Program-made: the position numbers and the translations under genes | Shown here: piece by piece, positions 19,693 to 29,640 of the stretch | Layout: the number at the start of each line of letters is the position of its first letter | Position numbering within the stretch: the stretch's first letter is position 1 | DNA from: Pseudomonadota bacterium | GTDB lineage: Bacteria > Bdellovibrionota_B > Oligoflexia > Oligoflexales > CAIMVM01 | Direction of reading: 5' to 3' | DNA: 64,000 bases | Assembly (NCBI GenBank): GCA_037142195.1 | Contig: JBAXBA010000003.1 | Span: 1-64,000 of the forward strand | Notes under the pieces: model-generated | The model's database searches: none | The model's input: the letters and a program-made list of their open reading frames with translations, nothing else | What the model was told of the DNA's origin: nothing

Positions 19693-20009
19693 GTTCGTCT
19701 CCCGTACGGGCTGCACCATACCTAACTAGGCCTTGCTCCGTAAAGATAAAAGAACCTGCCAAAAAAGAAGCCTCTTTTTTAATTTTTCCTAAATAATATC
19801 AGAAAGTTGAACCCATTCCTTGGATCTTGAAAACGAATTCTCTTTATGGGCCCTTCCCTGCCCTCTTTCAAAATGCATCTCCCATAGATGCTTTTACCTC
19901 CAAGAAAGCTGCTCCTGCCTGTCTAGATTTTTGTCGATTTTTAGCGAAACTGTCAAAAACATAGACAACCACCTTCCGCGATATTTCAAACAATTCCATG
20001 GGTTAGCAG

Positions 20010-20025
20010 TGGAGTCTTAATTGCA
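20010..20025 (+). promoter_or_regulatory. Sigma54-like -24/-12 promoter
   Basis: TGGAGTCTTAATTGCA (GG-N10-GC), 35 bp upstream of the subtilisin ATG. Confidence 0.5.
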
Positions 20026-20059
20026 TTTTAGAAGTTAGAACTAATTTAAGGAGTGCACA

Positions 20060-21325
20060 ATGAACAAGAAATTACTGGTTAAAATGTTAGTTGTCTGGAC
20101 CATCGCTGGAAGCACCGCTTATGCCGGCAATGCCCGTTACATTCTGTGGAACGGAGGATCTAAAAATCACAAGGAAATTGCTGCGGAAGCACGCCGTCAA
20201 GGGAGTTCCCAGGCGACAGAGCTAGAAGATTTTGGTGGCGTGTCTGCCGATTTAAGCCCTGCGATGTTGCAGCACCTCAAAAAGCGTTATCCGCATTTAA
20301 GATATGAAATCGATGGCGAAGTTCGTTTGATTGACCCAAAGGTCAAGGCCAGCGCCAAAACGAGAGTCAATGGAACCACGGTCATCCAACCTGCACAATC
20401 GATTCCATGGGGAATTGACGCCGTTCAGGCACTAAGCAGTGCCAAATTCAACTTCAATGCCGCTGATGTTCGCATCTGCATCATCGACACGGGGATTCAA
20501 TTAAAACCTACAACTCATCGAGACTTGCCTCTAGCATTGGCAGGCAAATCATTTATCTCTAGTGCAAGAACCTACGACGACGACAATGGCCACGGAACCC
20601 ACGTTGCTGGAACCATTGCAGGACTGAACAATAGCATCGGTGTGATGGGAGTTGCTCCAAATGTAAAACTTCTTATTGCCAAGGCTCTCAATAGCCAAGG
20701 ATCGGGTACGTATTCTGGAATTGCGAGTGCAATGTCTTGGTGCACAAGTAGCGGAGCAAATGTCATCAGCATGAGTTTGGGCGGCGGCTACAGCAGTGCA
20801 ATGGAGTCTTCCATGGCTAGCGCATACCAAAAGGGAGTCGTCATAGTCTCGGCTGCTGGAAATGATTCTGCCCAGAATCCCTCTTTCCCAGCAAGTTCAG
20901 TTTACTCATTGGCAATCAGCGCAGTCGACAGCAATTTTAATCTCGCTTCATTTAGTAACCACGAGCCTCTCAATGCCACTTCCCTTTCGGGACGTCTTTA
21001 CGCTCTACCTGGAGTTGGTGTGACTTCGACTTTACCGGACGATGTTTATGCAACTTGGAGCGGTACAAGCATGGCAACCCCGCATGCAGCGGGCATCATC
21101 GCCCTGCGCCTCCAACAACTTGGTTTCATCGGTTCAGCACGCCTTACTAGCGGCGCCCAAGTTGCAGAGTTTCGATCTAACCTCTCTGAAGCAGCGGTAT
21201 GTTTGACAAGTAAGACAACTGGCAAACAGCTCGACGCGAGTTTACAGGGCTATGGCATGCTGAATGCACAGGCCGCAGTAGGAGCCAAAGTAGGATCTCC
21301 TTGCGTTGACACTCGCCTACCATAA
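20060..21325 (+). CDS. Secreted subtilisin-like S8 serine protease
   Basis: Signal peptide, propeptide, catalytic triad IDTG / HGTHVAG / GTSMATPH. Confidence 0.95.
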   Translation: MNKKLLVKMLVVWTIAGSTAYAGNARYILWNGGSKNHKEIAAEARRQGSSQATELEDFGGVSADLSPAMLQHLKKRYPHLRYEIDGEVRLIDPKVKASAKTRVNGTTVIQPAQSIPWGIDAVQALSSAKFNFNAADVRICIIDTGIQLKPTTHRDLPLALAGKSFISSARTYDDDNGHGTHVAGTIAGLNNSIGVMGVAPNVKLLIAKALNSQGSGTYSGIASAMSWCTSSGANVISMSLGGGYSSAMESSMASAYQKGVVIVSAAGNDSAQNPSFPASSVYSLAISAVDSNFNLASFSNHEPLNATSLSGRLYALPGVGVTSTLPDDVYATWSGTSMATPHAAGIIALRLQQLGFIGSARLTSGAQVAEFRSNLSEAAVCLTSKTTGKQLDASLQGYGMLNAQAAVGAKVGSPCVDTRLP

Positions 21326-21349
21326 GCAACTCAAGTTTTTCTTGAATCG

Positions 21350-21403
21350 GATTCGAAAGCAAGATTTCATTCCTTCCGTGGAATGGAATCTTGCTTTCGA
21401 ATC
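21350..21403. terminator. 24-bp stem-loop downstream of subtilisin
   Basis: GATTCGAAAGCAAGATTTCATTCC / 6-nt loop / complement with one mismatch. Confidence 0.65.
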
Positions 21404-21663
21404 AGCTATTTCGCACATGTCACAGTCATCTGCTAAGAGTTCCATCGCTTTGGGGATTTAGCGAGTGTTTTTATGAGATCGGAAATCAAACCTTTTTCCT
21501 AGTGTTTCTTATCCCAAGACCTTAATAAATCTTACAATATCCTTGCAACATACGGGAACCATTCAACTTCCAACTGCTTGTGTCGCGAATATTCAATAGC
21601 ATGTAAGGCAAAGGCTTTGAACTGGCGCAGAGCGGAACTTTTTTGGTAACCTGCTTCAACCCC

Positions 21664-21712
21664 TTGACGGCGCCAGATTCGTCATATATCATAAAATTTG
21701 ACGAAATCGGCG
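21664..21712 (+). promoter_or_regulatory. Sigma70 promoter overlapped by an inverted-repeat operator
   Basis: TTGACG-N17-TATCAT; arms TTCGTCA (21678-84) and TGACGAA (21699-705) flank the -10. Confidence 0.6.
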
Positions 21713-21728
21713 ACACCAAGAGGTAAGT

Positions 21729-22871
21729 ATGCATTATATTCAACGAAAGTTAACCATTCCTACTGACAAATCGTGCTTTCTATTTGGCCCACGGCAAACC
21801 GGCAAATCGAGTTTGCTGCGTCACACTGTGGAAGCCACAGTAACCATCAATTTGCTGGAGTCCGAAACCTATCTGGCCTTTTTGCATACACCACAGCGGC
21901 TCCGTGAAGTTGTTACGCAAAAAAACAGTGTCGTGGTGATCGACGAAATCCAAAGAATTCCTGCGCTTTTAAACGAAGTTCACCTTCTTATCGAAGAAAG
22001 AGGGGCCCGATTCATTCTTACTGGCTCGAGCGCTCGCAAGCTTCGGCATGGAGGTGTGAATCTGTTGGGCGGTCGAGCCCGTTCAAAACATTTGTATCCT
22101 TTTATAGCCACTGAGCTAGGAAATCAATTTTCACTTAACAAAGCTTTGGAGTTTGGTGGTTTGCCGTCAATTTGGTTTTCCTCATCACCTGCAGAAGATT
22201 TGGCAGCTTACACAGATAACTATTTGCAACAAGAAATTGTCGCAGAAGGAGCTGCGCGAAATCTTCCATCTTTTGCACGATTTTTGCAAATTGCGGCTCT
22301 TTCTTCCGGGCAAATTTTAAATTTTACGCAAATTGCGAGCGACGCCCAGGTACCACGGACAACAGTTCATGAATATTATGGAATCCTGAAAGATACGTTG
22401 ATAGGATGTGAGCTTCCTGCGCTTAAAAAGGCCATTTCAAGAAAACCAGTAGCATCATCAAAATTTTATCTCTTTGACATTGGTATCGTCAGAAATCTCC
22501 AAAGGAGGAGAGGACTGGCACTTAAAACACCCGAATATGGCGAAGCTTTGGAGCATTGGATTTTCCACGAGCTATGCACATGGTGCGCAGTTCATTTTGG
22601 CCATAGCCTTACTTACTGGCGAACTTCTTCGGGTTTTGAGGTCGATTTTGTACTAGACGAGACTATTGCCATTGAAGTTAAGGCGAAAGAACATGTGAGT
22701 CATGACGATTTTAGAGGGCTTATTGCCATTGGTGAAGAGCTTTCTGTGAGTCGTCGCCTTTTGGTTTGCCTAGAGTCCGCTCCTCGCAACGTTAATGGCA
22801 TTGAGGTTCTCCCAGTTGCAACATTTCTACGCGAGATATGGGAAGACCCTTCATCTGTTTTTGTAACCTAG
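21729..22871 (+). CDS. AAA_14 ATPase with DUF4143 and C-terminal PD-(D/E)XK-like domain
   Basis: GPRQTGKS, IDEIQ, LTGSS, KFYLFDIG, EVDF...IEVK. Confidence 0.9.
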   Translation: MHYIQRKLTIPTDKSCFLFGPRQTGKSSLLRHTVEATVTINLLESETYLAFLHTPQRLREVVTQKNSVVVIDEIQRIPALLNEVHLLIEERGARFILTGSSARKLRHGGVNLLGGRARSKHLYPFIATELGNQFSLNKALEFGGLPSIWFSSSPAEDLAAYTDNYLQQEIVAEGAARNLPSFARFLQIAALSSGQILNFTQIASDAQVPRTTVHEYYGILKDTLIGCELPALKKAISRKPVASSKFYLFDIGIVRNLQRRRGLALKTPEYGEALEHWIFHELCTWCAVHFGHSLTYWRTSSGFEVDFVLDETIAIEVKAKEHVSHDDFRGLIAIGEELSVSRRLLVCLESAPRNVNGIEVLPVATFLREIWEDPSSVFVT

Positions 22872-23007
22872 TCAAAGCCGCTAGATGGTAGGCAAATCAA
22901 CGCATTTTGATAGATGCCACTTGCTCCCGCCCCTGTTTCAAGTTGCTGCATCCACCATTAATTGCAGCATTTTTCTGCGTTTTGAGGCAGAAGAACGCCT
23001 ATGCCTC

Positions 23008-23247
23008 CTATAATTCTAATTTAAGCTGCAATTGAGGTGTAATACATCCCCCACATACTGGCTTCCAGGTGAAATTGTTCCATTCAACTGAGGACAATTG
23101 CCTTTCACCTGTAATTTCATTTTGGGTTTTACCATCATGGCTGTAATGAACGCGGTAAGAATTGAAATACTCTTGGAATACTGAAAGCTTTGCTTCTAAA
23201 TCTGACTCACTCCAAAACAAAATATGATCAGCAAAATTAATAGGCAT
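23008..23247 (-). pseudogene. C-terminal fragment of an integrase-core (rve-type) transposase
   Basis: DHILFWSESDLEAKL..FQEYFN.YRVH.SHDGKT resembles the integrase-core C-terminal YN..R.H.SL.G.TP motif; catalytic N-terminal part absent. Confidence 0.6.
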
Positions 23248-23461
23248 AGTGCATTTAAGATTTTTGTCGCGATCTCAATTATGAGGGTGATTCTATCGCT
23301 AAATCAATTTTTTGACAGACTGCCCGAAATGCCTTATTTGTGGTATTTCTAGCAATTTGAGGAGGCACAGGCTAGAATAAATCATCAGGTACAATGTTTT
23401 CTATGGACAGCAAACGCTTATGCTTCCAAAATCTTCAGGAATCATTTGAGGGAACATCGAG

Positions 23462-25336
23462 ATGACTTGGAATCGAATAATAGTTTGTCTATTTATTTTT
23501 TCTGGATGCAAAAGTCCCATGAAAGATTTGAGCTTGGAAGCTATTGATACTTCTGCGAGTCCAGCCCAGAATGGAAAATGGGAGACCATTTATACTCTCA
23601 AAGATCTTACTAATACATTTGTCGGTACCCATGAAATCCCTCGCCCGAATGGTGGTTGGTGGGTTGCTCCTATTCATATCAACTTGACTGCTAATGGCAA
23701 GGTTCTCATAACAGGATGGAGCCGACCTAAAGAAGACTTTTGTGAAGATCACCAGGGGCGGCTTAATGGAACCACTTTTTTGCTGGATCCCAGCGAACTT
23801 TCCTCTCAGACAGGCCTGCCCATTTATCCGGTAAAGCCCCTTGATGAGGTCCCTGAAAAAGCGGGTGATGTTCTATATTGTGCAGGCCATGCCCCCCTAG
23901 ACGACGGTCGAATACTGTTTATGGGCGGCGCAAGGTATAAAAACTTGGGGGACGTAGAGTATCCACCAGATTTTAAGCAACTTGAATATGGCCTTCCTTA
24001 TGCTCGCATTTTCAACCCCAGTCAGAGCACTTTTTCAAGAGTAAAGAACCACAATCCAGGAGACCCTCGCCCCTTCGATGCCGCCTCGTGGCCGAGTGAA
24101 GGCGGAGGTGGACTGCCCTATGAACCAGGCATGATGTGGTACCCTACGAATACACGTCTCCCAGGTGGCAGAATACTCACCAATGGCGGCCTTGCCCGCT
24201 GGACGGGAGTTTTAGATCCTAAAAAATGGAGTTACCTTAATAAAAGTGTCACTATTTTCGATCGGCGCGCCTTTGACAGGGGCGAGAATCCATGGAGCCT
24301 ATGGGTTTCCCACGTCAATGCTCCAAGAGAAGTCGGCATTGACCTCTTTGATTACCCCCGTGTGTTTTTGCTTCCTAAACCCGTAATGGTTGCTGGAATT
24401 AAGCGGGAAGTTGCCATATATGGCGGGCTGGGATGGGACCCCCAGGATCCCAACTACATGCCAAGCATCACTTTTTTAAGCTTAGATCCCAGCGTTCCTG
24501 AAGAAAAGAGATTTGCTACGCCGCCCCACTCCCAAAGACCTTTGGCTGGTATGCTTCACGAAACCACGTCAGCACTTTTGCCATCCGGAGAAATCCTGAT
24601 CATGGGAGGAGGAAAAGACGCAGATCAAGATGGTCAGCGCATCGACATCTACAACCCAGAAAATGATTCCTGGCGAACTTCTCTTAACACAGGCATTACC
24701 CGACAAAAAGGCTCATCAACCCTTCTCCCCGACGGCACCGTACTCATACTGGGAGGAGAAGATTCCTACCAAGCCGATAAGAATTTAGGGGATCGCAGAC
24801 AGCCTACACTATTTGACTCCTATTCGGGAAAGTCTTGGAATCTCGCCCCCTGGACTGGCGACTCCAACATGCGCGGCTACCACAATGTATCTCTACTTCT
24901 TAAAGATGGACGAGTTCTCGTTGGGGGCGGGCGAATTTACACCCAAAATGCGGAAGGAAAGTACCGCATCGGATGTGAGCGACCTGAACTGAGAATCTTC
25001 AGCCCTCCTTATTTGTTTAAAGGACCGCGACCGACATTTACAGATTTTAAAGAACAAACCACAATTTCCTTAAACAGTCCCAAGCTGCGCATTCGGTTTT
25101 CTAGGGCAAACCTTCGAGAGAAGAATGGAGTTGTGCTCATGGCCTTAGGTGCTTTTACACACAGTTTCGATCAGAATCAAAGACAAGTCCCCTTAGCTTA
25201 CAAAATAATCTCGGACCATGAAGTTGAAGTTACCCCTCCCCTCAATAGTCAGGTAGCCCCCGAAGGTGAATACAACCTCTTTTTAGTCAGCGACAAAGGA
25301 GTACCTTCTTTAGGTAAAGGAGTCCTGGTCAAATGA
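23462..25336 (+). CDS. Galactose/glyoxal oxidase-like copper radical oxidase (AA5-like, Kelch plus DUF1929), lipoprotein
   Basis: FSGC lipobox; LYCAGH (Cys), WYPT (Tyr), RGYHN (Tyr-His), THSFDQNQR (His), SPPYLF, APEGEY.LF. Confidence 0.88.
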   Translation: MTWNRIIVCLFIFSGCKSPMKDLSLEAIDTSASPAQNGKWETIYTLKDLTNTFVGTHEIPRPNGGWWVAPIHINLTANGKVLITGWSRPKEDFCEDHQGRLNGTTFLLDPSELSSQTGLPIYPVKPLDEVPEKAGDVLYCAGHAPLDDGRILFMGGARYKNLGDVEYPPDFKQLEYGLPYARIFNPSQSTFSRVKNHNPGDPRPFDAASWPSEGGGGLPYEPGMMWYPTNTRLPGGRILTNGGLARWTGVLDPKKWSYLNKSVTIFDRRAFDRGENPWSLWVSHVNAPREVGIDLFDYPRVFLLPKPVMVAGIKREVAIYGGLGWDPQDPNYMPSITFLSLDPSVPEEKRFATPPHSQRPLAGMLHETTSALLPSGEILIMGGGKDADQDGQRIDIYNPENDSWRTSLNTGITRQKGSSTLLPDGTVLILGGEDSYQADKNLGDRRQPTLFDSYSGKSWNLAPWTGDSNMRGYHNVSLLLKDGRVLVGGGRIYTQNAEGKYRIGCERPELRIFSPPYLFKGPRPTFTDFKEQTTISLNSPKLRIRFSRANLREKNGVVLMALGAFTHSFDQNQRQVPLAYKIISDHEVEVTPPLNSQVAPEGEYNLFLVSDKGVPSLGKGVLVK

Positions 25337-25647
25337 AAAGAAGTCTACTAAGAATCTGCATCGCCCTATTCCTTATACTTTCTATAGATAGCTATGCCTC
25401 AACCCAAGCCCCAGTCGTACACTCAACAAAAATATTCCTAAAAGGCATGGTCTGTTCTTTTTGCGCCCAAGGACTAATCAAAGCCTTTAAAGGCGCTGAG
25501 GGGGTTGCCTCCGTTCAAGCTTCACTGGATGATGGTTCGATAACTTTGCAATTTTTAGACGGCAGAACGCTTTCAGATGAAAGCATTTCTAAAATCGCCA
25601 AAGATAGCGGATTTGATGTGAAAAAAATCGAACCGCTACCCAATTAA
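25333..25647 (+). CDS. Exported heavy-metal-associated (HMA) domain protein
   Basis: Signal peptide ending SYA; GMVCSFCA; ATGA overlap with the oxidase stop. Confidence 0.88.
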   Translation: MKRSLLRICIALFLILSIDSYASTQAPVVHSTKIFLKGMVCSFCAQGLIKAFKGAEGVASVQASLDDGSITLQFLDGRTLSDESISKIAKDSGFDVKKIEPLPN

Positions 25648-25713
25648 CTGCTATCCCATTGACTGTTATCCCATTGACTGCTTACAAGCCAACTGCCATG
25701 GAATTAACATCCA

Positions 25714-26388
25714 TCAAACTTCCGTTGCCCAGTTGAATTGAAAACTTCCTCTAAGGCTTACACCCGTTTCCCATAACATGTTTTGAAAAAAGAAACGAAG
25801 CATGGGAGTGACTTCACTATGACTTTGCCACTTGTCGTAATCCGCCTGAATGAGAACCCAGGTATGCAGTCCGCCCACGGCTGCAGAATAAGGGGCAAAA
25901 CCTAGCCTTGCTCGAGAGTATGCATAAAGGCGCTCATCTTTGGCGCGGGTAACTTCATAGCGAAGGGCACTATAAAAAGTTCTCGTTTCGGTATCGACAT
26001 CTAAAGCCAAGATACCAGCTGGAACAGTTTGAGGTTTCGAATTTGAAGAGGTGATTCTGCCTCCCCCTGCCGTTAGGTAAACATTAGTCTGTTGGCGGTC
26101 CTCATTTTCCCTTAGAACGAGATAGGAAACCACGGGAGCAAAAAAACTATCTTGCCCCTCATCCTTCTTAAATGCGCTGAAATGAAAACCTAACGACCAT
26201 TCTCGCCCTATCGTGTAGGCACCCATCAACTGGTTTTGATGAATTCTGTTCTCATTCATTAGAGACCAACCACCCAGAAAGGCGATAGGACGTGCTTGAG
26301 CTCGCGCGCAAATGCAAGTTGCAAAAAGAAAAAGTCTCAAGAACCAAAGCGTAGGCAAACAGGAAGGAAATTTTGAATAAGGCAACAT
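25714..26388 (-). CDS. Putative outer-membrane beta-barrel protein
   Basis: Signal ending AQA; alternating amphipathic strands; aromatic-rich C-terminus; start uncertain. Confidence 0.6.
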   Translation of the reverse strand: MLPYSKFPSCLPTLWFLRLFLFATCICARAQARPIAFLGGWSLMNENRIHQNQLMGAYTIGREWSLGFHFSAFKKDEGQDSFFAPVVSYLVLRENEDRQQTNVYLTAGGGRITSSNSKPQTVPAGILALDVDTETRTFYSALRYEVTRAKDERLYAYSRARLGFAPYSAAVGGLHTWVLIQADYDKWQSHSEVTPMLRFFFQNMLWETGVSLRGSFQFNWATEV

Positions 26389-26664
26389 GAAGTCCAATCC
26401 TATTAAAGACTCTATTCTTCCAGCAAATATCACGTTAGCAAAAAAGAGTATAGGGACCAATTCAAATCGTCAAAACAGAATCGGAAAGTCGGCAATCTTG
26501 AATGTTTTGGGCTAGGACTGTTCCTTGAGTGCCAACGGCGCCTTGTTTACTTGCAAATTTAAGACTCGCTGTAAATCTAAAACCTATCTCGATCTAACGG
26601 ATTTAAACCGCAATGTGTAGTCCCCTCATACTGGCGCAACTATCAAGAACTTGGTTCGCACCCA

Positions 26665-27522
26665 CTATTTTAAGGGCGCGCCTGCAGGATCTTTTTCGGC
26701 GGCCAACAGGAGCTTAGGAATCGCTGCTACCATATCGGCCAACTGAGAAGAGTCCCCTGATGCCACAACTTTTTTATCCGGTCCCACCAAGACATAGTGA
26801 GGAATGGCGGGCACCCAGTATTCCACACGTAACTTAGTCTCCTCCGTAAGATAGACCGGATACTGAATTTTTTGATCTGCTACAAATCCACGAACATCGC
26901 TTATCTCCTCACTCGTCAGAGCACGCACTTCAAAGCCCTTGGCACCATATTTTGCAGTGAGCTCTTTAAGAACCGCTATAGAGGCTCGGCACCCTGGGCA
27001 CCATGTGGCCCAAAAAGTAATTAGAGTTACAGGCTTTAAGTCTGAACTTAGCTCCACGGTTGCTCCGTCAGCGAGGCGCATCACATCCTGTGCAGGCAGA
27101 ATCTTGCCCGGCAATTCCGTGTGCATCATTTCTTCATATTCCTGGCGAGAGCCCAGCATGGAGCGGACAGAAAATTCCTTACCCTCACGACGCAACACGA
27201 GACTTAACTCTGTGCGAGGCAAGTGATGATTGACTTCTGCGGTCATTTGGCTTGCAGAATGCATCAATTTGCCCTCGATACTGACCACCTGATCGCCTTC
27301 TTGGATATCTGCGCGCGAAGCGGGCATTCCTGGAACCACAGCCTTAATAAATATTGCGTTATCTGCTTCCTTTAAAGCCACACCCAACATTCCTTGCTGT
27401 TCAGGGGAACTCGCATTCTGGGACTTCTTTTCCGCCGGTAAGCTTGCCGGGCGAATCCAGCAAATGAGCCCTGCAACGACAAAAAAAGCGCCACCTAGGA
27501 TAATCCACACGCGATTTTTCAT
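26665..27522 (-). CDS. Membrane-anchored PDZ plus TlpA/ResA-like thioredoxin
   Basis: N-terminal TM; LGV..V.PGMPA..A.IQEGD (PDZ); FWATWCPGC; AIP cis-Pro loop. Confidence 0.88.
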   Translation of the reverse strand: MKNRVWIILGGAFFVVAGLICWIRPASLPAEKKSQNASSPEQQGMLGVALKEADNAIFIKAVVPGMPASRADIQEGDQVVSIEGKLMHSASQMTAEVNHHLPRTELSLVLRREGKEFSVRSMLGSRQEYEEMMHTELPGKILPAQDVMRLADGATVELSSDLKPVTLITFWATWCPGCRASIAVLKELTAKYGAKGFEVRALTSEEISDVRGFVADQKIQYPVYLTEETKLRVEYWVPAIPHYVLVGPDKKVVASGDSSQLADMVAAIPKLLLAAEKDPAGAPLK

Positions 27523-27588
27523 ACCATTGCCTCTCTTGACCCTACTTTAGAGGGCATTTCGCTTCTTCGTCATTTGGGATTCTATCTA

Positions 27589-27891
27589 CTAGTTCTTGGA
27601 CTTCAATTGTACAACGACAAATGGCTTAACAATGACAAAATTAAAGATTTCCTCTTCTGTCAATTCCCAGCTCTTGATCTGATCAGGCAGAGGACGACAC
27701 AAAAGGCTTGCGTTAAGCCATTCTTTGACTTTGCTTGATTCGTCATTAGCAATCGCGTGACCCACTTCCATGAGGTCGAGACTGGGCCCTACAATGAGAA
27801 GGTCACCCCTCGCTTGGTGGGGAGCTAAGCTCTTCCAATCAATGGACTGAATTTCGATATTAAATTCCTGCACTCCAGGTCCCATCTTCAA
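27589..27891 (-). CDS. DUF2288 family protein
   Basis: W..L.PH.ARG.L..V...LDL.EVG.AIA.D....V..WL; VIVKPFVVVQ. Confidence 0.75.
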   Translation of the reverse strand: MKMGPGVQEFNIEIQSIDWKSLAPHQARGDLLIVGPSLDLMEVGHAIANDESSKVKEWLNASLLCRPLPDQIKSWELTEEEIFNFVIVKPFVVVQLKSKN

Positions 27892-28018
27892 AAATAGATC
27901 AAATAATACCCGAATGCATATGCACTCAGCCTACGGAACTATGATAGAACGATCCCTAATTACCGGCAAAGTATTTTCCTACTGTCTGCAGCCAGAGACA
28001 CATGCTAGCAACAGTAAT

Positions 28019-28045
28019 CTATCGGCATGCACTAAAAAGCTTTTT
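28019..28045 (-). promoter_or_regulatory. Possible sigma28 (FliA) promoter
   Basis: Minus strand AAAA-N15-GCCGATAG upstream of the DUF2288 gene. Confidence 0.35.
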
Positions 28046-28390
28046 CAAAGCTACAATATTCACCCCCGCCAGAGAAAGTACCTCTAAGTTTAAGCCCATC
28101 CACTTCACAAGCCGCTGTTTTGACTCACAGGAAACCTTTCCCTACTTCCATTTCTTAATTAAATAAACCCAGACACACCTTTTAATTAGGTCAGCCCAGT
28201 AAGGGCTTTCTGGGTTTGTTTTTTAGACAAAAATTCGAATTTGTTCGCTAAAAATATAGGACAGAAAGTTCTTTACTTAGAATATTTCCCTTAACACTGG
28301 ATTTGCGGTTCCATGGACAAGTTCCCATCCACTTAAGAATGGCATAAAATAGATTCATCCGAATCCTTAATCCAGATATAAGGACCAATT

Positions 28391-29257
28391 ATGCCGTCTT
28401 TAAAATCTTTCGCTGCAGCAAGCTTGATATTAGCCTGGTCTTGTAGGCCCGCCACCCCTCCCCTAGACCCTCAGTCTGAAGTAGCTAGTTTACATTCCAA
28501 GACAGGTCAGATACTTGGTGTGCAAACTAAAAATGGAAGTACAGAGTCCGTATGCATCCATAAGTTTGTGTACCCCAACTATGAAATTTCCACCCCTCAA
28601 GGAAGTGAATGCGGACTCAATCGCAGAATAGCCCCACCTAGTGAAATCGATTATGATACTCACGCCTTCGAGCCCTGGCTCAAAGAGATTGGGCCTCAGT
28701 CTATGATAAAGCGCAACATGCGCTATGCCACTAACCAGATTTTTCCTAAAAAAATAGATAATGCTGAATTTAAAATTCCATTTCCCCTTTACGGAAAGCC
28801 TCGGTGCTTCCTTCAACCACGGGCCATCGAAGCTCTGAATCAAGCGGCGGCAAATTTAGTAAAACTGGATCCTAGTCTTAGGCTCATGGTCTTCGATTGC
28901 TATAGGCCTATGTATGTTTCACAAATCATGTGGGACAAAGTAAAGGATCCCATTTGGGTAGGAGCGTCTGGCAAAAGCGGCCATAATATCGGCGGAACAG
29001 TAGATCTCACACTTGCTACCCTGGTAGACGGCCAACTCAAAGAAATCAATATGGGATCACCGTTTGATCTGTTTGACAAAATAAGTAACTACATTCCTAA
29101 CAGTCTCGATACTAATAGCGCCGCATATAGAAACCGCACCTTACTTCGAAAAGTCATGACTGAAAGCGGAATGAATCCCTATGACAGCGAGTGGTGGCAC
29201 TTCAGCCTTGACAAAGGAAGACTTGAAAACACAGATTATCTAGATTTACCACTCTAA
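28391..29257 (+). CDS. D-Ala-D-Ala dipeptidase (VanX/DdpX, M15D) lipoprotein
   Basis: RYAT, FDCYRP, SGH.IGGTVD, MGSPFD.FD, EWWHF; AWSC lipobox. Confidence 0.9.
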   Translation: MPSLKSFAAASLILAWSCRPATPPLDPQSEVASLHSKTGQILGVQTKNGSTESVCIHKFVYPNYEISTPQGSECGLNRRIAPPSEIDYDTHAFEPWLKEIGPQSMIKRNMRYATNQIFPKKIDNAEFKIPFPLYGKPRCFLQPRAIEALNQAAANLVKLDPSLRLMVFDCYRPMYVSQIMWDKVKDPIWVGASGKSGHNIGGTVDLTLATLVDGQLKEINMGSPFDLFDKISNYIPNSLDTNSAAYRNRTLLRKVMTESGMNPYDSEWWHFSLDKGRLENTDYLDLPL

Positions 29258-29551
29258 ATTAGCGCCAATCTGCATATTGTCCGCCTTATGGGGATTCTTG
29301 ATTAAGATTATTCTTAAGCCAGATCCCGAGTTTTTTAAAATCATTCTTTCAAGTCGACACTTTAGCAATGCAATTTCTACAATTGCTAATCCCCTAAATA
29401 CCAGCCGCAGAGCAAGAGCAAACATAAAGAATCCTAGCGCTAGAAAAACTTCTCGAGTTTTCCTTGGGGCCCCAGAAAGGAATTTTTTAGAGGCACAAGA
29501 AGCCAAGAGTATTGTCTTAATTCAACCCCAGAACAGAAAATGAAATGAATA

Positions 29552-29580
29552 TTGACGCACCCTAAATGGAGTGCTATAGG
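29552..29580 (+). promoter_or_regulatory. Sigma70-like promoter
   Basis: TTGACG-N17-TATAGG with TG extension, 60 bp upstream of the ATG at 29641. Confidence 0.4.
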
Positions 29581-29640
29581 CAGCCAAAGGTATAGGTTTT
29601 TGGTTGAAGTCTATCTAATTTTTTTTGAGGCTCGGAAACT

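Noticed and set aside
21350..21403. tRNA (contains TTCGAA)
   Set aside because: A single long hairpin with no cloverleaf or CCA end
28340..28355. Sigma54 promoter TGGCAT upstream of the dipeptidase (likewise AGGCAC at ~23364)
   Set aside because: -24 element present but no GC at -12 with 10-bp spacing
28391..29257. Vancomycin resistance locus
   Set aside because: No vanA/vanH/vanRS neighbours; stand-alone lipoprotein
29246..29543. Two overlapping opposite-strand short ORFs
   Set aside because: No recognisable motif or clear RBS; cannot choose either
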